A stretch of DNA of 63,380 bases, the filler included, from Reticulomyxa filosa (taxonomy: Eukaryota; Protista; Foraminifera), in assembly GCA_000512085.1 (NCBI GenBank). It is 14 parts of 14 records of this genome, joined end to end, with 100 filler letters (N's around TTAATTAATTAA, not from the genome) between each part and the next. Parts side by side here need not be neighbours in the genome. Positions count along the whole stretch, not along the records: positions 36,956 to 44,048 come from ASPP01045102.1; positions 44,149 to 45,510 come from ASPP01045245.1; positions 45,611 to 49,481 come from ASPP01001170.1; positions 49,582 to 51,012 come from ASPP01000813.1; 10 more parts are not named here. One strand, 5' to 3'. A program made the translations under genes and the position numbers. The notes beneath the pieces are model-generated. The model was not told where the DNA came from. It did not search any database and saw only the letters and a list, made by a program, of their open reading frames with translations. Shown here in pieces: positions 36,975 through 51,112 of the stretch. Numbering within the stretch: the stretch's first letter is position 1; each line of letters opens with the position of its first letter.

Positions 36975-39900
36975 GTTTGCCACAAGTCCTGTGGTAACGA
37001 TAAAATCAAAAGAAGCGATCAACAAAAAGCTAGCAGACAACTTTGAGTCGGGATGGATTCATTGGTGTGATACCTCTCGAACATTAAAGATGGTAGAAGA
37101 ACTATTGATGAGATTGATTCAGCTCGTCTCCGAACCAAAGTATCGATTCTGTTGCATAAGCTATATGAAGAACAAAGCGAATCCAAATCAGCACCAAGAC
37201 AACACGGATAAAGACGGTGAAGGAGTATGCATGGATTATGTATTTATGCATTGGTTGGCTTTGGGACCGCTGAGCTATAATGAGGTGTATCAAAAGGTTC
37301 CCGATCTGGCCGAATTTGACTTGAAGCCTATGTTGCAACGCATTGCAAGATATGAGTCTCCAAATCAAAACCAATTCGGAAAATATTATTTGAAGCGTGA
37401 GCACTTTGTACGTATAAATCCTTATTTTTACAAATACACTGCCGAACAACGAAAAAAAGTATTGGAAATCATCCAAATTCAAATCGCTGCAGCACAGGGT
37501 GTCGACTCTGACAAAAAAACAGAGGAATTATTCTCGGTACAATGGCCGAGTATTGAATATAGTGACAGTCGCAGACTCGAGTTATTGGGCACGTCGTGGA
37601 TGGGAATCTTGTGGACTTGTATATTGCATCACGTGTTTGTCAATGACACCAAGAGATTCACGCAACATGCATTTGCATGCTGTCTACGACTAATTGCTTT
37701 GGCTGTCGAGGTTGTTCTGTACAATTCATTGATTATTGATTTTTATTTTGTATGTTTGTATGTTTGTATGTTTGTATGTCTGTATATTTGTGTGTGTGTG
37801 TGCGTGGTTTTTGATGATTGAAAGACCATGTCCTGTGCCAAGATTGGACAAGACACAAACACGTTTGATCAATTGATCAAAAACTTGACCACTGTCTTTG
37901 ACTTTCGTTTGACCAATCGCTTTGACTATATCCCACATAAAGAGGCAATCCAACAGAGAGAGATTCAACGTCTGCGCCAGGCCTTGAAGCGGCTGGAGAC
38001 AGAAAGCCTGACTAACACCACAGAAAAGAGCCGTCAATAGTGAGGAGCTTCAACGTGCAAATCGACATTTCAACGATGTCGTACGTTCAATGCTACCTCC
38101 GCAACAGCGCTCTGAAATTTCTGACATTTTAGCAAGTGTTGGGATTCTTTCCAACTGTCAGCCAATGCCCTTTTCCAGTGCTTATTCTTTCGAAGAAAAA
38201 CATCAATGTTTTGTCTCTTGTTTTATGCTATTTGAACAGCGATACAAAGTCTTGCATTTTGTGAATGCAACAAACACAAAAAACAGTCGAAATGACCAAA
38301 GATGTGATTTTGGAGGAATCAAAGCAAAATTTGGAGGGACTAACCAAACAAGATCGAATCACGCGTCAAATGATTGAAGTCGCAGACGCAACCAACTCGG
38401 CTCGACAAACGAATGCAGAGGATAACAAAGAGGATATTTCAAACGATTCCAACGTAGGCGTCGGAACAGTGATATGGTATTTGTGTCAGTTATCCTTACG
38501 ATTATCTTCCTCCTCCTCCTCCTCCTCTTCCTCCTTTTCTGTGTCGGAGGACTCCATTCTAATAAAGCCCGTCATTAAAACCATACTTGATAAGTGCTAC
38601 GCCTTAAATAACGACACGCTAAAGAAGTGTATTGCCCCATATTGGACGGCGTTGCAATTGCAAACACGAAAACACGAAGCTGAAAAGGAAAAGAAAAGGG
38701 CGCAAAGAAAGCGAAAGGCGATGAAGGCCAAACGAAAAGTAATACAAACAATGAAAAAACAAAAAAATTGTTCCAACAAAATCATCAAACTATGATAAAT
38801 GAATGCCTTATTGAGGAAGAGAACAAAGTGCAAAGTCTAATTCGGCATCATAATGTCGGGTCTGATCACATATGTGTCATTTGTCAAAATCGAACGTCAC
38901 GACAATCCCCAATTAGTTTCATTGCTTTCGCTACTGTTAAGAACTGAGTACAACCACTTATGCATATAATATATTTATATATATATATATATCATATATC
39001 CATATTGAATACAGAAATTACAAACAATTATCTGTTATATGATGATTGTGGAACAGCGGTCGGATGTGTTGCATAAATGTGTTGACAACTCTCCGCGTGA
39101 TATTCTTCAACCAAACGGAGGCATTAGTTCGAGGCCCCCGTTGGCACATCGGCAAGGCGTGCAATGGACTCTTTGTGGACATGCGATTCACTTTTCCTGT
39201 TTTGCGACATACTCGTCGACAACTTATGGATTTCAAGGAAGGATTGCATCTTATTTCGGTAAGAATACACTGCGATTGTCGCATCACGAATTTGTCTGTC
39301 CTCAATGCAAAGTTTTGTTGTATCTTCTCGATTCGATGTTGCGAGCATAAAATATATTCCTCTGTCCTTATGTGAATATTTTTTGATATGTTTGCACAGA
39401 CATTATCCAACATTTTGATTCCTTTGGAAAACGCGTATCAACATCCGCAATGGCTGCAAAAGTCGTTACACGTCTTTGGTGAAAATAAGGTGATTTTGCC
39501 ACAGACCAGCTATTTCGCAAATATTCACATATTTGCACGCCAAAATGAACCCGAGTTGAACTTGGAATTTGGAAATGTTTTAGAAGATGGTAAGTCCTTT
39601 TTGTGGCTTGCTTTGTTCCGACAACGAATACGTACACACACATAACAATCGAAGATGAAGTACTCGAATGTGTAATGTCGAAACAAGACGAATCGAAAAA
39701 AACACATATCAGTCGACTGAACAATATCCTGTACTACAAGAACGAGAGCAAAGAGGATCAGAAAGAATTCGGATGGGAAGAAACAGCGTTTGTGGGAGGA
39801 GATATGGAAGACGATTTGTTTCCTTCCATGTTATGTGATGTGTTATCTCATAGTATCAGTGCTCTGGAAACTCGCTTTCGCATTTACAGTCGGCAGGAGA

Positions 39901-41368
39901 TCTATGAGAAATTCCACACACAATTGCAACTCCACACAACCGTTGTCACGAGTATTTGGAAATGGTTTGCCATGTATTCTTTGCAAAAGACTATCAATGA
40001 AACGTCTTTGCTATTCACTGACAAGGGAATGGAGTGGCTCTATCAAAGTTGTTGGACGCAACTATTCACTCTCTTTGATACCTCATATCACGTCCAACAG
40101 AAAACGTCATGTAACGGCGATCATGTATTCGATTCGAGCAGCAGAGTGCTAAACTTTGAACAAGTTCGGACTCCACAAGAGCCGTTCAATGTCTTGGTGA
40201 GAGCGCTTCTCACACATCCGCACTTGTTTTCATTGATAAATCCCCAAAAATCGGAATTGGAAACCAAGGTGGATGAATTTAATCCGCGCACGAACGTCAT
40301 ACTCAATGATATTTATCATGTTTTGTTAAGTTGTTATCTATGGAAAGTGCTGCAGTTTTTACTCGGAGACGTCCTAACTGACGGAGGGAAACATAAAAAT
40401 CCACTCGCAACATCACTCACGTGGACGGAATGGGTTCGAAACAGAATCACAAACACAAACACAAACAAGGACAACATCAAATGTTACGTGGAACGCTTGG
40501 CCTTCTTTGTACTCCCTTTTCTACGAAAATGCTATATTTTATTGTATTCCACTGGTCTAATCCAATTGGATTTGGATCTATTATGGAGCTGCCTTTCTGT
40601 CAATTCGACCACGTTACCTGCAATTCTCCAAAAAGACCCGAGCGTGTTCCGACCTGAACTTGTAATCGCCGAATGTGATACCTTATGTCATGCTCTATTC
40701 TTGCCAATGCTTCATGATTATGTTGCCACCACTTTTTTTGCTCACAACGCCAAAGATCGAACCAAAGAACGCTCTTTGCATGTTATGCAATGTTGGACTC
40801 AAACTTTTTTCGATAAATTCACCGACGAACAATGCGAATATATTCGATCCGTCAATCGAATAGACTCTATTTCACCCATCTCTTTGGTTACTTTGCCCCC
40901 ATCATTTGCCACTTTGCATATAGTTTTGACATGTTTATATTTGTCTTTGTTGTTATACGTTTGCCACAATCAAAAGGGGATTGCTTGCTTTGAAAACAGA
41001 AATCTCGCAAAGAGAAATGCTTTGCAGGACAGATCCCAGAAACTAGTGTCATATGTCTTTTTTGTGGCACATTCTTATGCATTAATTGCTGTCAGAGCAA
41101 CAGAAAAGATGCACCAACAATTCATTCCAAAAATTGTGGTCAAGGAAAAGGAATATTCTTATATACACAATCGTTACTTATTCGCCTAGTGTATGAGCAT
41201 ACATCAGTGGATTTTTCTTGTCCATATTTGGACAGCCATGGACAGCAAGACTTGAAATTGAAGCAAAAAGACCGGAAGTCACTCAATTACTCGAAATTGT
41301 ACGAACTATGGAAAATGGTTGCGGACGGAACAATTCCCAATAATGTATGCAAATTGAAAAATGGCTAA
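36975..41368 (+). CDS. UBR-family (N-recognin, UBR1/2/3-like) RING E3 ubiquitin ligase, 5'-partial, multi-exon
   Basis: Winged-helix region HWLALGPLSYNEV...GKYYLK...NPYFYKY; split RING CVICQ...CGHAIHFSCF...EFVCPQCK; C-terminal LVTLP, ICLFCG, HSKNCGQGKGIFL, CPYLDSHGQQD; frameshifts near 38020 and 38761. Confidence 0.88.
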
Positions 41369-42306
41369 AATAGTTAAAGTTACTTGCTTTTTTGTGGTGG
41401 TTCATCTTAACCTCACAAATACAATCGTACACAATAACGATTATTTTACTTTTTTTTATCAACAAAGAAACAATTGCTTTTATCTTTTAATGATTCAATT
41501 CTTTTTTGTCATGACATGGTTCATCATCAAATAATTGGAAATGATACCAATTTTTATTATATAAAAATTTTTTTTATACTTAACGAAGCTGAAGAAATAT
41601 GCGCATAACTAGAATATCAATCAGTAACAAAATCTTTTTTGCTATCAGTTGTAGATTGTTTTCATTGTTTGGTTTTCTCAATGGTAGATATCACTTGAAA
41701 AACATTGTGAACGTTGCCAGCAAAAAGAAAGATTTTTTTATGTTTTGAGAAATTTTTGCATTACAATGAATTGTCTTCAAATGAAGACATTTTATAACAA
41801 ACTTTTATTAAATAAAAGTTGGCAATTTGTCAAAAAATTTAACATAAAAAAAACTTAAAAAAGTGCGAAAAGTTGTGCAAACATTTTTTTATTTTTGCAC
41901 ACTTTGATCTATTCAAACAAAACAAACTTGTTTATCAAAACATAAAAAAAATCAAAAAACAACATTATTTTCACAAAAAATCAGACAAAAGACTTGTCAC
42001 CGTTGCCACATCCAAAGTGTATAGAAATCTTCATTTTGTTTTGTTTTGTTTTTTTCATACTTGTTCACTTGATGGCGCTAGCTGTTTTTTATCTGGTACA
42101 AAAAAAAGTTAAATAATAACAAATTACTAACTTTTTAAAGTAACTAATTTTTTCACTTCTTATCTATTGCAATACTGCTTTGTGTGATCTTCTTTAAAGT
42201 CATAAAAAAAATTGCTTAAAGGGTCTACTTTAATCAAAACTAATTAAATGCTTATTTGCACAAGCGAACTTTGAGTGTTAAGAAAGATAGAAAACCCATT
42301 ATTACA

Positions 42307-43230
42307 ATGTCACGAAGATCCAAACGTCTTAGATCATATCTGAAAGACCAAGGAGTCTTAGAAGAATCTGATCATATTCTTCCAAGAAGAAAGCGACAGC
42401 GCCAATGTACGGACAGCACTGACAAATGGCCAGTCGTCAACATCGAAAAAATCAGTCCGAATGAACGTGAGCAATTCAAGTCAACAACACATGATACAAA
42501 CACTTTATAAAAGCAGTGGTATGACATCAAGTAATGAATGCACAAGTAATGCAAAAGATGTAATTCATTTGAAGTTTATAAACGACATTAATAAAGATCT
42601 GGATGGTTTGGCCCATGGATTTTTTAGTCAAATGTATTCTCACCAATTGTTTCACAGAGATAGAATTTAAGGCTGCAAAGATTTGAATACATATTTTTTC
42701 AAAATATCACTTATTTGGTTTATATTTCCAGTACAGATGTAGTAGTAATAATAATAGTGTTGGTAATGGCCTTTGCGATTGTAACAGATATGATGACATC
42801 ATCCAAGTGTTGGAAAAATGGATGACAGTAAACTTCACGATGAATCGCAACAAGTTTGTTCGCCAAGTGAAGCAATAAGAAGAAATTGTCGCAAAAAACG
42901 TGCTGCGCATCAGCAAACATTTTATGCAGGCTCTTGGCATTACACTTACATTTTGCATCAACAAGGTATGACCAAACAATCTCGTTGTCAATCGCTAAAA
43001 CAAACTTTGGGTTGTCTCTTTATCTTTTTTTTTGTTTTAGTTGTTTGTTTAGTGTATACGTGCATTGTATATAATTATGTATACAACATATATATGTATA
43101 TATTGTACGTGTTATGATATATTTTGAGGGACAAAAAATAAAATAAAGCTATCGTTATTGATCCAAAGGATCATACGTGGAAAGTGATGTTGTTGTTTGC
43201 AAAAGAGTACTTGACAGTATGTCTTTTATG
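42307..43230 (+). pseudogene. Histone acetyltransferase type B (HAT1)-like pseudogene
   Basis: SNAKDVIHLKFI...FSQMYSHQLF.RDRI*GCKDLN and IDPKDHTWKVMLLF resemble the HAT1 N-terminal domain; multiple stops and frameshifts. Confidence 0.6.
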
Positions 43231-44197
43231 TTTATCTAAACAACGAAAAGATGCTGTGCATTTCGCAAGTACTGATCTTCACTAAGTTGTAAAGAAATGG
43301 ACAGTCTTTGAATTTTTGTGATATAACAAAGATATAAACACGAGTTAAGAGACATACAGAATAATCTAATAATGTTATCAATTTCTATGTTGTACGGTAT
43401 ATTTAGTCGGAAGTTACTGATTGTACCAATATGCTAAACTTGGTTTTACTTACTTTTCACTTAAAACAAACACCTTTTCTATGCGCAAAAAGAACTAATT
43501 TCAAATTTACACAGAATATTTCAAATAGAACAAACTATTCACTAAAAGATATTGAGCAATATTTGAAAGATTAGAAGTTAATTAGTTAAAAAATAAAATG
43601 ATGTAAGAAATTTGAGTTTTCTTTGGATGATGTTTGACAATTACTATTTTTTTAAAATTGGTAGTATCTGAACGTTCCAAAAACAGAAAGTAAAAAAAAT
43701 GATGTAAGCCATTGACTCGAAAAAAAAAACTAAGATTTGATGCTTAATACAAGAAATCGGAAGAATGGAAACAAACATTAACATTATGATTATCGACTAA
43801 TTGTATTGCTTTCCAGTGTTGGGAAACTATAGGAAAGAATATGTATCTGGACGAACGCAATCTATTGCCTCAAAATCAAGCAGAAACAATATATTCTTCA
43901 TTTGATCAAATGGCATAACATATACTGTGTTATTGGATATACCATCTGCACATGGAGATTGGTTGTAGTGGGGCTTGTCAAGTGTTGAACTACTATCGCT
44001 TCATCCTCAACTTTGAAGAAACTTGATAATAGCTCAAATCTTCTCTTGNNNNNNNNNNNNNNNNNNNNNNNNNNNNNNNNNNNNNNNNNNNNTTAATTAA
44101 TTAANNNNNNNNNNNNNNNNNNNNNNNNNNNNNNNNNNNNNNNNNNNNAAAAAAAAAAAAAGACTTTTTGTTGTACGTCTGAAATTAAAATTAATAG

Positions 44198-44662
44198 CAA
44201 TACGTATGGTCTATCAGAATGTTACGAAATGTGAAAAAGACCCAGAGAGACATGCCACAAAATGAACAAGGCGACTCGAAGCAGACAGATATTAACAAGC
44301 CGAAATCACTGGAAATGGAATTAGAGCTTATGACTGGAAATACAATATCTCACGGAGAGATGGAAAATGATGCAGTTAGTACTTTTTTTTTTGAAGAAGA
44401 AAAAAACATCTAAATGTGTTTGATTTGAATTTAGGTTGAAGCAGTTTTGCGTGATTCGGGTGATGCTGGGGAAGTGGCATCAGTAAGTGACAAGGCAAGG
44501 GCAAGAGAATTTGCAGAACTGGGAGCAATTGCATATTTCAAAATGCCTACTTGGGAAATAGTCATCATTTTTATAAGCGCTTTTTTAATGGCTTTAGGAA
44601 ACTGCTTGCTTATATGGTACTATCCTTGTTTCGCTAGCAATAGTGCTATTTGCAAGGGTTAA
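44198..44662 (+). CDS. 3' end of a hypothetical membrane protein (2 exons)
   Basis: Exons separated by intron ~44376-44435; terminal TM WEIVIIFISAFLMALGNCLLIWYY. Confidence 0.5.
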
Positions 44663-47269
44663 AAAAGGGTTTTTGAATTACCTAAAAATTGTTAATTTGG
44701 TATTTGTGAATAATGAAAGTGGATAAATGAAAAAAAGCATTTTGTAATTTTTGGCTTTTGTTCATTTTAAAGTTTTTCATTTGGGGGTTTGTGCGATGAA
44801 AGATTGTTACTTTTTGTGCATTCATTTTTTTAAAAAATAATTCACTTTTTATTTGTTTATATTTTGATTGAACAAACAAAATAATTGCATTCTCATCATT
44901 AACCAAAAGAAATTTTCAATAAACATTCAAGTACTACAACAACAAACATGCATGGGTCTGGCAATCATGATGTGAAAATACATGACGACCCATTTCCCGA
45001 AATAAAAAAAAATAAAAAAAAATAATTTTTCAGATTTTTTTTAAAAGATCCTGCTGATACATAATAGTTCAGGAGGATCCCTGAGTTTTTTAATATATTA
45101 ATATGGAGGTATGAAAGTACCATCCTATTTTCGACAGTAAAATATACACACTCACCAGAAGAACTTCTTGCACACTTATTTTCTAATAAAAAAATCATTT
45201 TTTGCTATTTGAGAATTAAATACAAAGCTCCTGTTTGAAAAACGTCAATAAGAAATTTTCCAACACTAATTATCAATTGAAGAAAACATGAAATGCAAAC
45301 AAATATGTAAGTAGATGACGACAAATTAGAATTACAAACAAGTTGTGGTTAGTTTTGTTTTTTTTATTAAAGGTTGTTCACTGTCTGACGTCAAGTCTCT
45401 AGTTTTGCTAAGTTCTTCTCAAAGCAGACAGACACAATTTGGCTCAACAAATCCAGCAAAAGAACACAATGTCTGTGTCTTTGTCCAACAGCAACATGAG
45501 ACACTACTCANNNNNNNNNNNNNNNNNNNNNNNNNNNNNNNNNNNNNNNNNNNNTTAATTAATTAANNNNNNNNNNNNNNNNNNNNNNNNNNNNNNNNNN
45601 NNNNNNNNNNTTTTTTTTTTTTTTGTAAACTTACATTTTGATAACGAAACAGAAACAATGAATCTGAAAACAAAAAAAAATTTTATGAAAACAATCTTGA
45701 GTCCATTATGACTCCAACTATTCCTGATGTTACTGACGTTCCTGGCGTTTCTACCGTTTTTAGCATTCATCATATTTTTAATGTGGGTTATATATCATAA
45801 TTCAAATCAAATTGTTTATCAAAATTTAATACATAAGTTTTATTCAAAAATAATACAAAATAGTAATTATTTTTTGTATATCAAATTGATTAAATATTAC
45901 TCTAAACTCAATGCGACTGTTGGATTTTTAAAAAATGTATTCTTCTGACTGATTTTTTTTAATCCAAAATTGGTATAATGCATTTATTCATTTTTATTTG
46001 TCATTCAAAAAATTCAATTGTTTCAAAGATTGGATGACATACTGTAACTGAAATGATTTATTAATCATATAAATAAATTGTCAAAACATATCATTTTTAT
46101 TCAATGTACTAATCATTATTAAAATAAATCAAATCTTTTTATCTTTTATCAAGTAAAGTAAAGACAGACATAAAGTTGTACTTTTTGTAAATTAGCAAAT
46201 CAATCAATTCGATTTTGTAGTTACTACTTTATGTAAAAAAGAGAACAATGATCATGTACCTTTGGAATGATATCACAACTTTAATTAAATGATTTCTTCA
46301 ATCTTCATTTCATTAAATAATTTCAAAGTAATGAAATATTTATTGCTTCAACTTACAGATTAAAAAAAGGCAGTTCGAGTTTATTATGACTTTGTTTTTT
46401 TTTGTTTTGTTTTAAAAGAGGTCAATGCTATCCACATACTTTGGATAAAACAAAAATATGGCTGATAATGTATACGTGGTTGTGGAGGCAAATGTTCGTT
46501 GAACAAGCCGCTACACAGACATATATACACACAGACATATATTTTGTTTACTCGGCACCTCGATATTCGAGGTCCAGGCCTCTTTGTGTTGTGTCTTTGT
46601 TTATTAAAAGGTGTCAATGACTATGGCGAAGAAGAAACAGAAGAAAATAGCTTGCTGAAAATAGATTTGGAGTCGAAAGACAAATTGGTCGACTTGGACT
46701 TGATGGGGAAACAAAAAGATCATTTGACGCTGGACTGATAACTTCAATGAATCTAGTGATATGAAATACTCACTGTTTGGAATGTTATCAGATGTCGTAA
46801 ATGAACCGCCACTATTTGGATCGCTATTCTTTGCATTACTGTCAAAAGATGTTGTCTATTCGAACGCATCATCGATGATAAATCTCATTGGCTTGCTTCC
46901 ATCCAAACTCACTTTTCAACACAAAGTGTCTGTTACGTGATTGATTCGGCACGGTGAAAGGAGTTAGCTTGTCTTGATTTTTGTCAAACGTAATTAGGAC
47001 TTCAGTGTCAATAAAAGGACAATTATTGTCAGTTTTTGTGATATTTGCTGAACTTGAAATATTTGATATAATAATTTTATTTTTTCAATATTTAAGGAAA
47101 TCAAAGACACTTTTGATGTGCTCATGAAATTTCTCATTTAATTTTTCTTGACTATAATAACCAACATATTTTTCATGCATCCGGCAGTGATTTATTGTTT
47201 ATTGTTGCAAGACTAAGTACAAGAATGTTGTATAATCTGAGTATTATGGGAAGCGAAAAAAGTTAAAAG

Positions 47270-48400
47270 TCAATTATTTTCAATTAAATTAAAAACGATT
47301 TCATCCAACAATAATTTTTGTTTCGGAGTCGGTGCACTAGGCCCGCAATTTTTTTTGGAGTCAAGCTGTTGATCAAGTTCTTTGCACATGAACTCCAGCT
47401 GTTCTTTCAATGGAAGAGTTCGCAAAGTGAAATCGGTAGCCCCTGATTTTAGATCAGCAAGGGCTTCTTTGGCCAGATCTTTGATTTTAAACCAGTCTAA
47501 AATTTTGGAGTGATCAATTAAAAAAGGTAAGAACAGAGGTATTGTAGCGTGTGTTTCGTAGGTCAACAAATATTCGCAACACAAAATGCCACGCAACACA
47601 GCAAACGTAGTTTTCAAAGGTTTTTCTCGCATGCGTTTTTTTTTATTGTCAGTAAATTGGCGAAGATTGGAATAAGCCCACGACGAGTAGTGAGCGGCTA
47701 ACCTTCTCCAATTATACACATCATCAATGATCGATCGTATTGGGGTTATTTTTGAGTCCATCCAATAGATCACTGGAGAATGAAATATTTCGAATATATT
47801 TGGATCATTTTTAAATATGCCACTGCCTTTTTTTTGTTTTTATTTTTTTCATGTTTGACACTGTTATGTGCATAAATATATATATGTATATATATATATA
47901 TTTTTTTTTTGTTAAATGCTGTACATACCAAGATTTAAGATATCGATACATGTTAATTCCAAATCTAAATTGGCACCAACTTGACTCTGCTTTGAGCGAG
48001 GTCCAAAGACTCGCTTAAACTCCCACATGCGCTCTTTTGTCGGACTATAGTATTGTCGAGGGGAGTAACACATAATTGCCTTCACATCAAAGTCGGACTT
48101 TGGGTGGCTTGTTCCCCACACTCTGGACGATCTTTCGACCATGTAGATTATCTTCATTTGATACTCTTTTTCCAATTCTTGTTTTTGCTGTAACAAAAAA
48201 TCTCGAACTGTATCAAAGTCAAAATCGTGCTTGAAATTATAGTCATTACTCAATACGTAGTTGCTGGAAGTTTCTCTTGTCTCATTTTTCTTTTCTGTTG
48301 TTATTACTTTATCTTCCCTTTCTTCGTAGAGTTGGTGTTCATTTTTGTTTGTTGTTTCTAGTAAGCTCAATATTTCGTCTATTGTTTTCGTCAAACTCAT
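47270..48400 (-). CDS. RlaP/YcgL-like (Pol-beta superfamily) nucleotidyltransferase with one intron (47928-47827)
   Basis: ELEKEYQMKIIYMVERSSRVWGTSHPKSDFDVKAI, spliced ...LNLG|SGIFKNDPNIFEIFHSPVIY, LAAHYSSWA..N, LKTTFAVLRGIL follow the bacterial family pattern (ESGSRAWG..SPDSDYDVRF...KSNP...E.L.SP.VY...HY..MA..N...K.Y.YVLR.LL). Confidence 0.85.
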
Positions 48401-48701
48401 TTCTTTTAGACAATTTTTTCAAATTTTTGAACCCGAAGAGGAAATTTCTTATTTTTTTTCTTGGAAGTTTGAGTTGGTTACTACTTATTTCTCAATCACT
48501 TTTCTATAATATGCTTTTTCTTCACGGAGAAAATTTTTAAAAAGTAAGGCATGGTTTTGTTAAACCTTTGACATATGACTTGAAAAGGGTAGTGAAAAAT
48601 TTTTTTGTTTTAACAAAAACAGCAGGCACTGTTGGGGTGCGAAGAAGAAATTTGATCTCTTGAAATCCATAGATTTAAGCAATTGAAAAAAAAAGCAACA
48701 A

Positions 48702-49481
48702 AATGTTAAATGACGAAGAAACTGGAAGAATGGCGGGAAACGGGTTAGAAGAACAAACGGAGGAAAAGGAAGAGAAAACATTGAAGAAAACGCGGCAGAG
48801 CGTTTGGAAACAATAAAGTTCGAGCGATACAATGTCCGTCAAAAAATCCAAGTATACAAAGGGATGACAACCAAGGAGTTGCAACAGGTGATGAAAGCAA
48901 CATTTGGAATTGAAGATGATGTATCAGTTGTTGGAGTGCTCCCAAAAGTGACGGAAGCACCAGCTCATTTAAAAAAAAATCAAACAACTCCGAAGAAAGG
49001 TTTGCTTCAATCTGTCCGACATTTTGTCCAAAACCCAGCACCACACGTACTACAATCCACTCCACCACCAATCGTTCCACTATCATGCTTAACCCAGCAT
49101 CCCTCTTACTTTGCAGTTTTTACAATTTTTTTTTTTTGAAAAAGGGGGGAGGAGGAAAGAGAAGATTGGGGTTGTAAGTGTGACAAAAAAAAAAAAAAAA
49201 ATGCACAGAGAAAGAAAAATGAAACATTTGAATTGATAACGGATCGACAATTGGATGTATCATTAATGACAAAACTCATGTATTTGTTCCTTGATCATTA
49301 CATAGTTATGTTGAGTGTTGCATTGGCTTTTGTCGCCATTCTCGCCAATGTCAGACAATATTTCTATCTTCCTTTTTTTTGGCTATTCGATCTTCTCAAC
49401 TCATTCTTACGGGATGTTTACAGTTTTGTTGAATACACAGATGCTTGCTCTCTTTCTGTCTATCAAGCTTCCTCTTTTTTT
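48702..49481 (+). CDS. Hypothetical protein with TM segment, 3'-partial
   Basis: Protein-like ORFs 48804-49115 and ~49210-49460 separated by an intron-like tract; hydrophobic segment HYIVMLSVALAFVAILA. Confidence 0.5.
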
Positions 49482-51112
49482 NNNNNNNNNNNNNNNNNNN
49501 NNNNNNNNNNNNNNNNNNNNNNNNNTTAATTAATTAANNNNNNNNNNNNNNNNNNNNNNNNNNNNNNNNNNNNNNNNNNNNCATGTTATTTCTTTTTCAA
49601 TGAAGATAAAAAATCTTTTTAAAAAGAACTTGTCCAAAACTGAGTAATAAAAAGTGTAATTTAACACAACTTTTATAAACTTGAAATGTGAGAGAAAATA
49701 GAGCTATCCCATAATTGAATTGATTTATCATGAAAAAATGAATGTAATCAATAACTCCAATATTTTCATCATGTGGATATGAAATAACTTTAGAACCATA
49801 TGATGAAAGTTGTGTAATATTTTTTTTTGCTCATAACACAACAAAACGAACACAAATGTTTAATATGGACGTTTATTTGAAATCTCTTGTCATATAATTT
49901 AACAAATTTATGATTTTCATTTTTTAAAAGAAAACAAATAGTTTTTTGTAACAAAGATTTAATAGTTTTTCTGTAATGGTATTTTGTATTAACAACAAAA
50001 GATTCTTCAAAAAAATATAAAAAATATGTTGTATATGGTGGGATTACTTTTCTCAAACAATGTTTTGTCATTAATTAAACAATATTTATATCCATTGATT
50101 TATCTTATTTGAATTCTACCATTGATCAATGTTTCTCTAAGCCGCCTGATGATAACTGCATTCCATAGAATCTTCCAACATTATTCTTCAAATAATTGTA
50201 ATTATTTTTATCATTTTCACAGGAGAAAATCTTGATTATCTTTCTTCATATGTAAACAAAATCAATTGTTATTCTTTTTTCATAAAAAAAAAAGTATTAC
50301 ACTGATTATGATCGTTTTTCACAAATACATCGGATTGAATATTTCATACCACATCATGAAGATGTTCTTTGTTTCAATGGCTTTTTGCCATTCAAGATTA
50401 AAAGTCTTTGAAATAGTTATTTTGAATACTTTACATTACTTGTGATTTTGCTGTTTGTTTTTATTAACTGAATAAAAATATATCACGTTTATTGTATTGA
50501 ATAATTTTTTAAAAACAAATTCACATTCTTTGAATTGTATATCTTTACTTGTTTTTTTAAAGAATTATTGGATGGAGTATCAGACACAACATTAATTTGA
50601 ATATCTTCAAAAAGTACTATTCATGAAGAAAAAGATAAAAATAAGAATTCATGTAATTGAATTTCCTAGCATAACCTAAAATATTTAAACTCTGTTTGAT
50701 GTTATCATTTGCACATGAGATAATCTTGAATATGCATTTCTAAAAAAACACTCAGTTCTTTTTTTTTTTCCTTTTCAGTTCTTAAATGGTGGAACAATCT
50801 CGTTTCATTATTAAGAACAGGAAATTACTCATCAAGTTTTTTTACTTTTAATCCTTTTTTTGCAATTGAACTTTGAATTAAAAGTCCTACAATTTTCCCC
50901 TTTTTGTAGGGAACAACCAAGTAAAAAAACAAAATTATTTGAATAATGACAAATAAGTTGTATTTGTCTTTTACATGAAATTTACAATAAAGTCTGTTTT
51001 TACTTTCATCTTNNNNNNNNNNNNNNNNNNNNNNNNNNNNNNNNNNNNNNNNNNNNTTAATTAATTAANNNNNNNNNNNNNNNNNNNNNNNNNNNNNNNN
51101 NNNNNNNNNNNN

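Noticed and set aside
15386-48400. RNA-repair/quality-control gene cluster (CRT10-like, RluA, RlaP-like)
   Set aside because: The genes are on different contigs separated by artificial spacers; adjacency is meaningless.
49582-51012. Possible decayed gene in this AT-rich contig (also 35684-36855 and 58860-60430)
   Set aside because: Only short broken frames with no motif I can support.
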